Shown: positions 37,625-46,563 of the stretch, piece after piece
Position numbering within the stretch: position 1 is the first letter of the stretch
Layout: every line of letters begins with the position of its first letter
IMG/VR virus record: IMGVR_UViG_3300033121_000376
Location: 8,728 to 72,727 of that record
DNA length: 64,000 bases
Source: a virus
Lineage: Duplodnaviria; Caudoviricetes
Direction: 5' to 3' (one strand)
Notes under the pieces: generated by a model
What the model was told of the DNA's origin: nothing
Seen by the model: only the letters and a program-made list of their open reading frames with translations
Databases searched by the model: none
Made by a program: the position numbers and the translations under genes

Positions 37625-38292
37625 GCGAGAACCATCAAACGAACAATTCTACAACACGAGTGGCGACATCCGGTGACGAGACAGTATCCGATCTTAAGCA
37701 GGCATTGGACCAACTGGGCGCACCCCATACGTTCTCATTCACGAGCACGGCTCGGAATCCGTTTCAGAAGAGCGCGGCGCACTCTTCAATAGCCAATAAG
37801 CTGAGCGCAGTGTATCTCACCCTCGCAGACATTGAGCAGAAATGGTTTGCGATTCGTTTTAAGCGGGAGTTCAGACAATACCCGTTGTCCATCATTGCGT
37901 CTCCAGTTCTGTGCAGCGAATACATGGCGCTGCGAACCAAGACCTGTACAGGGTGCATCATGAAGGGGGATATGTGTTGGGCAATGGATTATGCGACCAT
38001 GTACAAGCGTGACCCTACTCAAATTAAAGTGGAGCTTATCGCACAGCGCGATGAGGATGGAGTGCCGATTTTAGTTACGAATCCCTCAGAGGAGTTGATA
38101 GCGGAAGTCTCTATGTTAATACAGAGTCAACTAAGCGTCGCACGAAGTGTCCTAACCTCGCCGGAAATATTGAGACATGCGGAGAACATGCCTGTTTGGT
38201 ATTCGGACTATGTGAAATTGAAACGTTCTCTTGAACGCATGGAAAGTATTTACAGGCAGCTTTGCAGAGCGGAGTTGGAAAATGAAATCTGA
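37621..38292 (+). CDS. hypothetical protein
   Basis: 223-aa ORF, ATGA overlap. Confidence 0.7.
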   Translation: MSENHQTNNSTTRVATSGDETVSDLKQALDQLGAPHTFSFTSTARNPFQKSAAHSSIANKLSAVYLTLADIEQKWFAIRFKREFRQYPLSIIASPVLCSEYMALRTKTCTGCIMKGDMCWAMDYATMYKRDPTQIKVELIAQRDEDGVPILVTNPSEELIAEVSMLIQSQLSVARSVLTSPEILRHAENMPVWYSDYVKLKRSLERMESIYRQLCRAELENEI

Positions 38293-39901
38293 TCTTAAAC
38301 TAACAGAGGACAATCTGTTCGATGAACATGACGCTCAAGTTCGACAGTTACGGATGGAATATCTTCGAGCCAGTGCGACAGTAAAGGTTGAGGATTTCGA
38401 CGACTTAGAGGATTTCGACGACACGGAGTTCAGCAACAACGCGAGTTTTTACCCGGTAGATCTGGACGAACCCAAGGTTCCAGATTTTGACAAGGTGTTC
38501 ACGTTGCTTGCGGAGAACCCTAACACAGCTCTGTGTCTTGCAGATTATGTGGGACTAGACCCGCTTGAAGGGGTTACGGATAAGAAGAAACTCAGGAAGA
38601 TAGCTGCCCGAGATCTGCTATCGCCCTATGCAGACGTGCGCAACAAGACGTTGTCGAGCGATAAGGTCATCGACACCGTGTTTGTTAGAGACTGTTTCAA
38701 GTTCAGCACACCACAGGAAAAAGCCCCACTCGTTGTAATGGTGGATACGAAGAATAGGCTGTGGGTTGAGCTGAACAGTTCGTTGAAAGCGTTTGGGGTA
38801 AACGTGTCGGACTATGTGGATCGCATGCCTGAGTTTTACCACAAGCACATGATAACTAAAGCGTTTGTGAAAGGAGACAAACTGAGTCGCAGGTTGGTGC
38901 CGTGGGAATCGGTGTTCATGACCGATATAGTGTTCAACCACTTCGCGTTGGAGTTTTTGGAGGAAGCGGATCTTCGATGGGTGATGTTCGATCTAACACC
39001 GAAGATGAGGGCCCACGCTTACGCAGCTATACTATATAAAGGTGCGCCGGTACAGGAACTTTTCGAGATGGCTGAGACGATGATGCAAAGGGAGTTGGAA
39101 TATAAGAATGTAATGATCGAAACGGCCAAGGAAACGATTGCACGGCAGAACACAAGGCTGCAACGTCTTCAGGATTATTACGCGCTGATGACGGATGAGT
39201 TTAAGAAGATGCGTGAAGAGTTGGAAGAACACTATGAGAAGAAAGCTAAACGTCGTGTGATTCGTTACGAGCCAACAGTAGTGTACGATAAAGACGGCAA
39301 TCCGGTACTGCACCCGAAACAATTCATCCCTGAGAACTTGTCGGAAGTTAAGGGAGAGGTTGGTGTTTACGAGGGTCCTGATCTCGGGCATATCATGACG
39401 GACGGCAAGTTCATAGATGCGGTTGCAAGTCACTTACAGGATTTTGAGTCCCCGTACTATGATGACCAAGTAGTGTTGATCGACTATTTACTGGAGGATT
39501 TAAGCGTAGTCCACATGGGGCTCACCCACACCTCGTTGAGCAACATGCTCAAGGTTTTAGGGTTTGTGAGACACTCCAGAACGTCGATAAGCACGGCTCA
39601 GTATGCGGATTCTTCCGAATCATACAAGCGTAAACTCAGAACGGTGTACTGCATTAAGGGTTTCAAGAAACCGGTTGACTACGTGCGGCAGCGAATAGCG
39701 TCGTTCGGTATCGTGCAGGAGTTCCCAAACGTTTTTCACAACCGATATATGGAAGGATCTATTCAGGAAGGGATGACGGATAAAGTGATAGAGGACAAGC
39801 TGAAAGGGGAAGCGTTTAAGAAATCGATTCGTAAAAGCCATACTGTAGGGCCGCAGCGACGCACTGAAGCTAAAGAATTAATGAACGACGACATGATATA
39901 G
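38282..39901 (+). CDS. hypothetical protein, possible Bro-N-like DNA-binding domain plus coiled coil (likely start MKSDL at 38282)
   Basis: VVMVDTKNRLWVELNSSLKAFG resembles Bro-N; long heptad region follows. Confidence 0.6.
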   Translation: MKSDLKLTEDNLFDEHDAQVRQLRMEYLRASATVKVEDFDDLEDFDDTEFSNNASFYPVDLDEPKVPDFDKVFTLLAENPNTALCLADYVGLDPLEGVTDKKKLRKIAARDLLSPYADVRNKTLSSDKVIDTVFVRDCFKFSTPQEKAPLVVMVDTKNRLWVELNSSLKAFGVNVSDYVDRMPEFYHKHMITKAFVKGDKLSRRLVPWESVFMTDIVFNHFALEFLEEADLRWVMFDLTPKMRAHAYAAILYKGAPVQELFEMAETMMQRELEYKNVMIETAKETIARQNTRLQRLQDYYALMTDEFKKMREELEEHYEKKAKRRVIRYEPTVVYDKDGNPVLHPKQFIPENLSEVKGEVGVYEGPDLGHIMTDGKFIDAVASHLQDFESPYYDDQVVLIDYLLEDLSVVHMGLTHTSLSNMLKVLGFVRHSRTSISTAQYADSSESYKRKLRTVYCIKGFKKPVDYVRQRIASFGIVQEFPNVFHNRYMEGSIQEGMTDKVIEDKLKGEAFKKSIRKSHTVGPQRRTEAKELMNDDMI

Positions 39902-39911
39902 GAGAATATAA

Positions 39912-40313
39912 ATGGCAACTAGAGCTAGATCAGACAGGCAAAGACAGTTTTTGGATCGTGCAAACCTCGGTAACGCGAGACGAGATTTTGAGGGTTGGTA
40001 TCGATTATCGGACCTTGGGGAATCCCCATCATCCTTTATGCGAACTGAGGTGGGTAAACAATTGTTGAAATTGGGTAAGGTCGAGAAGCGATTTGGATCG
40101 CTGTTCGCAGAGGAGATTGTAGCAATTGGCTTTGCGGTATTCCGCGATCCTGAGAACCTACGTTTTCTCACAATCGTGCGAACGCCGAATGGCAACACCT
40201 CGACGAAAGCTTTGGATAGCGATTCCGAGCAACAGGCTGAAAGTGAAGAAGAGGACGAGGAAAATCTGAACGGTGTATTGAAAAAAGCGGCATACACGAT
40301 TGATGATATTTAG
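39912..40313 (+). CDS. hypothetical protein
   Basis: 133-aa ORF with GGAG RBS. Confidence 0.65.
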   Translation: MATRARSDRQRQFLDRANLGNARRDFEGWYRLSDLGESPSSFMRTEVGKQLLKLGKVEKRFGSLFAEEIVAIGFAVFRDPENLRFLTIVRTPNGNTSTKALDSDSEQQAESEEEDEENLNGVLKKAAYTIDDI

Positions 40314-40391
40314 AAACATGTCGAGTCCGTTAAATAAAAACAGCAGTAGGATTGCATTTTATAAACACAAGGTGTAAAAATCAACAGGCAT

Positions 40392-40432
40392 AAAAAAGCC
40401 GGATACTCTACGAGGTAAAAGTATCCGGCTTT
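40392..40432. terminator. intrinsic terminator
   Basis: aaagccggatact...agtatccggcttt hairpin. Confidence 0.65.
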
Positions 40433-40585
40433 ACTTTTGAGGGAAACGAGGATTATCGTGAGAACCACCAAACGATTCGTTATTCTCAGTTTTTAGTATA
40501 ACATGAAATATATGAATGGCAACGGTATTTTAAAACCACTGTACAAGCCATTCCCGATATTATGTTAAATTTAGGGAGAATTTGA

Positions 40586-41227
40586 ATGATAAACCTGAGA
40601 TCGAGAACAACACGAGAAGACGTGCTGAACGGAACGGTAGAGGCTCAAAGAAGAGAGTTGCAGCTCAGAGAACCTTCACGAAGAAAAAAGGGTGTAGGAG
40701 AGGAGTATTCTGAACGACGTTTCCGGTTGCGAACGCGACCCGATTTTACAGCGGGTTTTAACGAATCGGGTAGTTACAGCAGTTTGGAGGATCTCCAACA
40801 GCGGCTTGGCGAGTACTTTGACGGAACGATAGCCGACAGAAGGACGCCGACAGCAAGCGGGTTGGCGTTGGTTCTAGGATTCCCGGATCAGAAGAGTTTC
40901 AGGAAAGAGGCAAACAAGGATTCCGAAATAGGCATGACGCTGACAGCAGCTATCACGTATTTAGAAACGCTACGCAATGAGGATCTGTTGAGCGGTGGAC
41001 CTGCAACGACAGGAATCATGTTCGACCTGAAGAACAACCACAACTGGAAAGACAAGACCGAAACGGAAGTTATCGAACGTACAGACTCGTTGACGCTTCT
41101 GGTACAGTCACTTCAGGGTAGAGTGCTTCGACCTAGAATATTGATAGAAGATGGGGAGTTTACGGCAGTTCGCGATGTCGTAGAGCCTATTGCAGTACCA
41201 AAGTATCGCGAAGAAGACATCATTTAA
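40586..41227 (+). CDS. terS: terminase small subunit
   Basis: PTASGLALVLG...GIMFDLKNNHNWKDKTE resembles phage DNA-packaging small subunits. Confidence 0.75.
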   Translation: MINLRSRTTREDVLNGTVEAQRRELQLREPSRRKKGVGEEYSERRFRLRTRPDFTAGFNESGSYSSLEDLQQRLGEYFDGTIADRRTPTASGLALVLGFPDQKSFRKEANKDSEIGMTLTAAITYLETLRNEDLLSGGPATTGIMFDLKNNHNWKDKTETEVIERTDSLTLLVQSLQGRVLRPRILIEDGEFTAVRDVVEPIAVPKYREEDII

Positions 41228-41243
41228 ACAGCGAGGATTAACC

Positions 41244-41915
41244 ATGAGCGATTATTGTGAAGTGTGTGACGAATGTGAATTGTGTGACGACTGTGAAGAT
41301 TCACAGTATTCAGACACCGAGGATGAATCTGGAGTAGAAATAGGGGATAAGTACCATCTTAAAATAAAACCAGTTAAGATGTCGCAAAGTATATACGGAG
41401 GAAGAACAGTGGGTTTTAAAAACATGACGCTTGCAGTATTCTGTTGTGATAGACCGGAAAATCCTGAAGATCCAGCAAGCGAAGATCCCATACTGCTAAT
41501 CGGTGAGGGAGAAATAAACTTTCACTCAGATGGTAAAGGCGGCATACAGACTCCTGAAGGAGAGCGGTATTATGGAAAAGTTACCGAGGCACAGACGGCT
41601 AAGTGGGCTAGACTTTTCGTGAAAGACGACGATGTGATGAAGGAAAACCACTTTCACCCACGTATTGACATGGACATAGTGGATTTTCCGCACTACTCAG
41701 GCTTATCGCTCGCGAACCGTCATTTAGAACTTAATTCCGAAATCGTTTTGAGCAATGTAAGTTTCCAAGTACCCTGTTTTATTAAGTGGCCGGTCGAAGA
41801 ACTGGAAGAAAAAACGACGGATTCTGTGGATTGGCCTACAGCGATTGGCATTGCGACGATAGCGGCGACGATAGCCTCTATACTGGTGTGGTTTCTTGTC
41901 GGACGAACTGTCTAG
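41244..41915 (+). CDS. hypothetical protein with C-terminal membrane anchor (likely start MSDYC)
   Basis: GAGG RBS before 41244; Cys-rich acidic N-terminus; hydrophobic C-terminus. Confidence 0.6.
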   Translation: MSDYCEVCDECELCDDCEDSQYSDTEDESGVEIGDKYHLKIKPVKMSQSIYGGRTVGFKNMTLAVFCCDRPENPEDPASEDPILLIGEGEINFHSDGKGGIQTPEGERYYGKVTEAQTAKWARLFVKDDDVMKENHFHPRIDMDIVDFPHYSGLSLANRHLELNSEIVLSNVSFQVPCFIKWPVEELEEKTTDSVDWPTAIGIATIAATIASILVWFLVGRTV

Positions 41916-41924
41916 GAGAAGGTA

Positions 41925-42433
41925 TGTTTCAAATTTACTATAGGTTGGAAGACTTGCTTCACACCCAACAAGGCGCAGCGATGTTGGTACTGTCTAAGGG
42001 CGACTTGAATCCTATCTGGACGGATGTAGACTACATCTGCAACAAGCATGGCTGTATCGCTGTTTACGGAACCAAGGAACACTGTGACCATTTACGGGCG
42101 GCGCATCCTGATATTTACCGGTATCACTTAGCGAAATCGGCCTGCAATTGGTTATCACACGGAAAATACGACAAATCATGCACGTTGCGACCCTACAATG
42201 AGGTGTCAAAACACATTTTTAACAAATATGAAGCAGATTATGAGAAACCCAACACCCAACACTCGTTGGAGAGTTATTTAATCGGGGTGTACACCAACCC
42301 AGGGTCAACGGTTTTCGACCCTTATGGAGACTTTGACATATTCAGAACGGTTATGGATATGGGTCGGAAGTATATTGGTGTGCAAGAAAACGCTAAACTT
42401 CTTAAAAAAATGGTCGGATACGTCGATATTTAG
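41925..42433 (+). CDS. degenerate N4/N6 DNA methyltransferase-like protein (likely start MFQIY)
   Basis: YLIGVYTNPGSTVFDPYGDF...GRKYIGVQ aligns with the LI..ST.PG..VLDPFxGSG...GR..IG.E region, but the glycines are lost. Confidence 0.6.
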
Positions 42434-42492
42434 CAGTTAAGTGCTTAAAAGTCGTATTTTTTGGTAAAAATTGTCAAAAATTGGAGGTTTTA

Positions 42493-42669
42493 ATGTCAGA
42501 TCATCAGAAAAGACTCATCATGGCAAGTTTAACAGGGGTCGTGATGGCGTTTTCGGTGTTAACACTTGCGTATCAAGTGTCAAACGTTGTAGCAGACTTG
42601 ATTGTTAACAGACTTTTTCAGGAGGTTAGCGAAGTCGATTTAGGCTCTTCGCACGATTGTAAGCAGTGA
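42493..42669 (+). CDS. small membrane protein
   Basis: single hydrophobic helix; GGAGG RBS. Confidence 0.5.
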   Translation: MSDHQKRLIMASLTGVVMAFSVLTLAYQVSNVVADLIVNRLFQEVSEVDLGSSHDCKQ

Positions 42670-42673
42670 TCAT

Positions 42674-42711
42674 AAAAAAACCCTCTTCTAACGGACGGTA
42701 GAAGAGGGTTT
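42674..42711. terminator. intrinsic terminator
   Basis: aaaccctcttcta...tagaagagggttt hairpin. Confidence 0.65.
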
Positions 42712-42846
42712 AAGGAATCAAACTAACAGGAGTGAAGGTGTCGAACCAGAACTGCAAGTTTAATTTTTTAGGAGAATAAAAATGTCAAAAGAGAGCACAC
42801 TTAAAGGATACTTTTTCAAACACTCACATTCAATCGAAATACTAAC

Positions 42847-43614
42847 ATGGGGGTAGTAAAGATGTCAACGGGTAAACACAAATGCGATGTGGGGTTTAGA
42901 GTCGCGGCGATAACAGGGGTGATCATAGGAATATTTCTCTCCTTAATAGAAGCGTTATGTGCTAAACAGGCTGGCGCTGCAGAACGGTTTGTTAAAGTAG
43001 ATAGAACGGGGATTGAGCTCACGCGAGAAGCCGGTGACTGGCAGTGCGTTTACGACACTAAGACAGGGCTGTTATGGGAGAAAGGAGGGTTTCTGTTCAC
43101 GATGGATTGGAAATTTGCAAACACCTTAAACAAAACGAGTTGTGGGCGAACAGACTGGCGTCTGCCAACAGTGGGAGAGTTGAAAACCCTCGTTGCATGT
43201 CGCGTTGAGAGCGGTGTGGTGGGTGTTGAGAACGGATACCCGTGTATTGAGTACGAAAACAGTGTGTCTAAAGTTATTGATCCGAGATTCTTTCCAACAG
43301 TCGGACTGAGGCGAACGGATAATGGGATTGAATCGCGTTTTTGGGCAAGCGAAACGCAGGATGTGTTGAACAACACGGCTTGGGTTTTGGATTTTTCCAA
43401 GGGATCAGCCATTGCCATTTCGAAAAAGGAGTCGGTTGATACACTGTACGTTGTTCGGTATGCGCCGAAAGTTCAAATGTGTGAATACCCTACTTGGGAT
43501 GCGGCTACGGATACCTTAACGATTCCGAAATTCGAGCCTAATCCGCTTATATCCTCCATAGTTCTGCAAATTGATTTGAAACAGGACACTTTTACGATAA
43601 AAAACTACCGGTAA
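42847..43614 (+). CDS. DUF1566 (Lcl C-terminal, CLec-fold) protein
   Basis: CVYDTKTGLLWEK, CGRTDWRLPTVGEL, IDPRFFP, FWAS, AWVLDF. Confidence 0.85.
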   Translation: MGVVKMSTGKHKCDVGFRVAAITGVIIGIFLSLIEALCAKQAGAAERFVKVDRTGIELTREAGDWQCVYDTKTGLLWEKGGFLFTMDWKFANTLNKTSCGRTDWRLPTVGELKTLVACRVESGVVGVENGYPCIEYENSVSKVIDPRFFPTVGLRRTDNGIESRFWASETQDVLNNTAWVLDFSKGSAIAISKKESVDTLYVVRYAPKVQMCEYPTWDAATDTLTIPKFEPNPLISSIVLQIDLKQDTFTIKNYR

Positions 43615-43626
43615 TCGAGGTTTAAA

Positions 43627-43923
43627 ATGCACACTCAACATGTTTACTCCAAAGCAGCCTTAGATCTGCAACCCACTTTAGGGAATGTAGACTGGCTTCG
43701 AGTGAATGAGACTGCGATAAAATCCGTGTTTCCTGAGACATGGACTCGCGTTAACCGTTCTGAAATAATGGAAATGGGGCGAGGATTGCGAAGGATTGGT
43801 ATTCGATGGGATGACGTTAACGAAATACCTAGAATCCTGGCGTTCTTGGAAAGAACGGGTTTTGTATTACGCAACGGCGGTATGGTAAAACGAAATAATT
43901 CGCCAATTTTTAAAATTCATTGA
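43627..43923 (+). CDS. hypothetical protein
   Basis: 98-aa ORF with GAGG RBS. Confidence 0.6.
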   Translation: MHTQHVYSKAALDLQPTLGNVDWLRVNETAIKSVFPETWTRVNRSEIMEMGRGLRRIGIRWDDVNEIPRILAFLERTGFVLRNGGMVKRNNSPIFKIH

Positions 43924-43931
43924 AAAACTTA

Positions 43932-43960
43932 TTGACGAAACCTAACAGCAGGCGTATAAT
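43932..43960 (+). promoter_or_regulatory. sigma70-type promoter for the ncRNA-Ro60 unit
   Basis: TTGACG-aaacctaacagcaggcg(17 nt)-TATAAT. Confidence 0.8.
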
Positions 43961-43996
43961 AATTACATGCTTTGGACAACTGTCAAACAAAGCATA

Positions 43997-44236
43997 AACG
44001 TGGCGAAGAAAGCAGGTTCTTCAAACTGTTATGCTACTTTTGGCAAACAGACTGCTAACGACAAATTCCCGTTGAATTTAGGTGGTGTAGGTTTCGGTTA
44101 CTTCTAGTCTATTGAAAAAATACCGCAGCCGCTCGATCCCCTATCAAAACAGGCAGCCACACGCTGCACAAAACAAATTGGTGGTGTATAAATCTGATAC
44201 TTCAGGAAAAAAAGACAGATTTAGACTGATCCCCAA
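43997..44236 (+). ncRNA. three tandem Y-RNA-like hairpin RNAs (43997-44073, 44079-44143, 44178-44236)
   Basis: each has paired 5'/3' ends (GTGGYG.../...TCCC), an inner stem and a (T)ACTTC/TTCTTC motif; the first carries GGCGAAG (GNCGAAN0-1G); immediately 5' of the Ro60 gene. Confidence 0.65.
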
Positions 44237-44303
44237 CTCTTCTCTGCAGCATACTCTATTCTTAAAGCCTCGCTACGAGGCGTAAACCACCTGGGAAAAA
44301 GTT

Positions 44304-45653
44304 ATGCGAACCAATGTAAAACCAACCTCTAAAACCAATTTTTACGGCGTGAAAACGGTTAATTCAAAGCCAATGGAATCTTTGCGCCGTTCTACGCTTT
44401 GTTGCTTATTGTGGGAAGATACTTTCTATGAAAGTGGAGCTACCATTGCGCAACGGATTAAAGAATTAGTACCGCTTTGCGATCCAGATCAAGTGGCCGA
44501 TCTCGCCATAGAATTGCGAAAAGTTCACAAATTAAGACACGTCCCACTTTTGATAGTCAGAGAATTGGCCAGAGACACAAGACGTTGTGCGCCCGGTCTT
44601 ATTAAAAACACGTTGTACAGCGTGATAGAGCGTCCTGATGAACTGACGGAGTTCCTGTCCCTGTATTGGGCAGATGATAAAGTTAACAACGCACGGAGTC
44701 GATCACCTCTGGCGAAACAAGTTAAGACTGGACTCGCAGCAGCTTTTGGTAAGTTTAACGAATACACGTTGGCGAAATACAATCGCGATGGGGCTATAAA
44801 GCTTCGTGACGTTCTGTTCATGGTTCACGCTAAACCAAAAGATGAATCTCAGAAAGATTTGTGGAACAGGCTTATTAAAAACGAGCTGGTCATACCGGAT
44901 ACCTGGGAAGTGGCGCTTTCGGCGGGTGATGACAAGAATCAGACTTTCACGCGACTGTTAAAAGCTAATAAACTGGGTGGACTAGCGATCATTCGAAACT
45001 TAAGAAATATGCACGATGCAAATGTCGATAAACACCTTGTTAAAAAGGCGTTGATTGACAAGGATAAGATGCGACACGTTCTTCCTTTCCGATATATCGC
45101 GGCGGCAAAAGCGGTTCCGTCTTGGGAGGATATTATCCAAGACGCAATGTTGAGTTCGCTGGCCGATGAAAAAGTTCTAACAGGAAAGACAATTCTATTA
45201 CTGGACAACTCCGGGTCTATGAATAGTCAATTGTCTGCTAAATCCGATCTTAAAAGGTCTGATGCCGCAGGCGCTTTAGCCATACTGCTCAGAGAAATCT
45301 GTGAAGAGTGTAGAATATTCTCTTTCTCTGACCTTGTAGCGGAAGTTCCACCAAGACACGGATTCCCACTTGCAGAGGCAATACTCAAGGCCGTTGGCAT
45401 CAGAGGAACAGACATGGGTCTTGCACTGAGGGAAATAGAAAACCTTGGGTATAAAGCTGACAGACTCATTGTTATTTCAGATGAGGAGTCAAGAACAAGG
45501 CTTCCACCAATGACCTGTGCTAAACGCAAGTATATGGTGAATATAGGATCTTCCGAGAACAGCATCGCGCACGGAGATTGGATAAAGCTGACTGGGTTTT
45601 CAGAAGGACTTGTGACGTACATCCAGGTGTTAGAAACAGAAAGTTCAATCTAG
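44304..45653 (+). CDS. rsr: TROVE-domain RNA-binding protein (Ro60/Rsr ortholog) with vWA domain
   Basis: LRRSTLCCLLWED.FYE, LRHVP, KYNRDG.IKLRDVL...H.KP, TWEVALS, LRNMH, LPFRY; MIDAS DNSGSM. Confidence 0.92.
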   Translation: MRTNVKPTSKTNFYGVKTVNSKPMESLRRSTLCCLLWEDTFYESGATIAQRIKELVPLCDPDQVADLAIELRKVHKLRHVPLLIVRELARDTRRCAPGLIKNTLYSVIERPDELTEFLSLYWADDKVNNARSRSPLAKQVKTGLAAAFGKFNEYTLAKYNRDGAIKLRDVLFMVHAKPKDESQKDLWNRLIKNELVIPDTWEVALSAGDDKNQTFTRLLKANKLGGLAIIRNLRNMHDANVDKHLVKKALIDKDKMRHVLPFRYIAAAKAVPSWEDIIQDAMLSSLADEKVLTGKTILLLDNSGSMNSQLSAKSDLKRSDAAGALAILLREICEECRIFSFSDLVAEVPPRHGFPLAEAILKAVGIRGTDMGLALREIENLGYKADRLIVISDEESRTRLPPMTCAKRKYMVNIGSSENSIAHGDWIKLTGFSEGLVTYIQVLETESSI

Positions 45654-45851
45654 CTCATAAAAAAATAGCCTACCTGCATACGCCGGTAGGCTACTCCCCA
45701 CAAACCACCAACCCCTTGATGTTGTCTAAATTATGGCTAAATCAAAGGTCAAAATCAAGTATTTATTTTAGAAAACAAAGATCAATAACACTTGCATAAA
45801 GCTTAAAAAGAACGGAAACTGATGTTTTCAGGACTTACTAGGTGATTAAGC

Positions 45852-46499
45852 ATGGTTATCTCTCCCGAAACGCTCTATAAAATAGCTCCAAAAGCCTCTC
45901 CAGGCTATAGAAAAGCTTTTGAAGTAGGAGCGAGGTATCTAAAAGAGTTCCACATCTCTGACAACGTAAATAGGCTTGCCTGTTTCCTCGGGCAAACTAT
46001 GAATGAAACGTGGGATTACACTCACGACATCGAAAATCTCAACTACTCTCCAACAGGTCTTCAAAGAACGTGGCCTTCAAGGTTCAAACCAAAAGGTAAA
46101 TTAGATCCCTTGGCATACACGTACAACCCTGTAAAACTGGCAAACGCTGTTTACGGAGGCAGGCTAGGAAACGTGGATACCAACGACGGCTGGAAGTACA
46201 GAGGACGCTCCTTTCTAAACACGACCGGCAAATGCAACTACGAACTTACAACAGAGCTTTGCAGGCAGTTCGACCCCAAATTCCCCAACCTCGTCGATAA
46301 ACCTGATCGGATATTGGATGCAGAATGGAGAATGTTCGCAGCGGTAGTATGGTGGGACGTTAGGAAATGTAATATTCCAGCCGATAAACTAGACCACGTT
46401 ACCCTGACCAGAATAATTCAAGGGGGAAGAGGTGGGCTTAAAGACAGGATCATACGCACTGAAAGAGCGTTAAAAGTGCTTAGAGACACACCAAAGTGA
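45852..46499 (+). CDS. glycoside hydrolase family 19 endolysin
   Basis: FLGQTMNET, ENLNYS, NAVYGGRLGN, DGWKYRGR. Confidence 0.88.
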   Translation: MVISPETLYKIAPKASPGYRKAFEVGARYLKEFHISDNVNRLACFLGQTMNETWDYTHDIENLNYSPTGLQRTWPSRFKPKGKLDPLAYTYNPVKLANAVYGGRLGNVDTNDGWKYRGRSFLNTTGKCNYELTTELCRQFDPKFPNLVDKPDRILDAEWRMFAAVVWWDVRKCNIPADKLDHVTLTRIIQGGRGGLKDRIIRTERALKVLRDTPK

Positions 46500-46563
46500 T
46501 TTGCAACAGTGTAGATAACCTAATATACTATTTGTCAATAGTTTTTTAACAGGTTGCGATGGC

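Noticed and set aside
42847-43614. Diversity-generating retroelement targeting the DUF1566 gene
   Set aside because: No reverse transcriptase and no template/variable repeat pair seen in this window.
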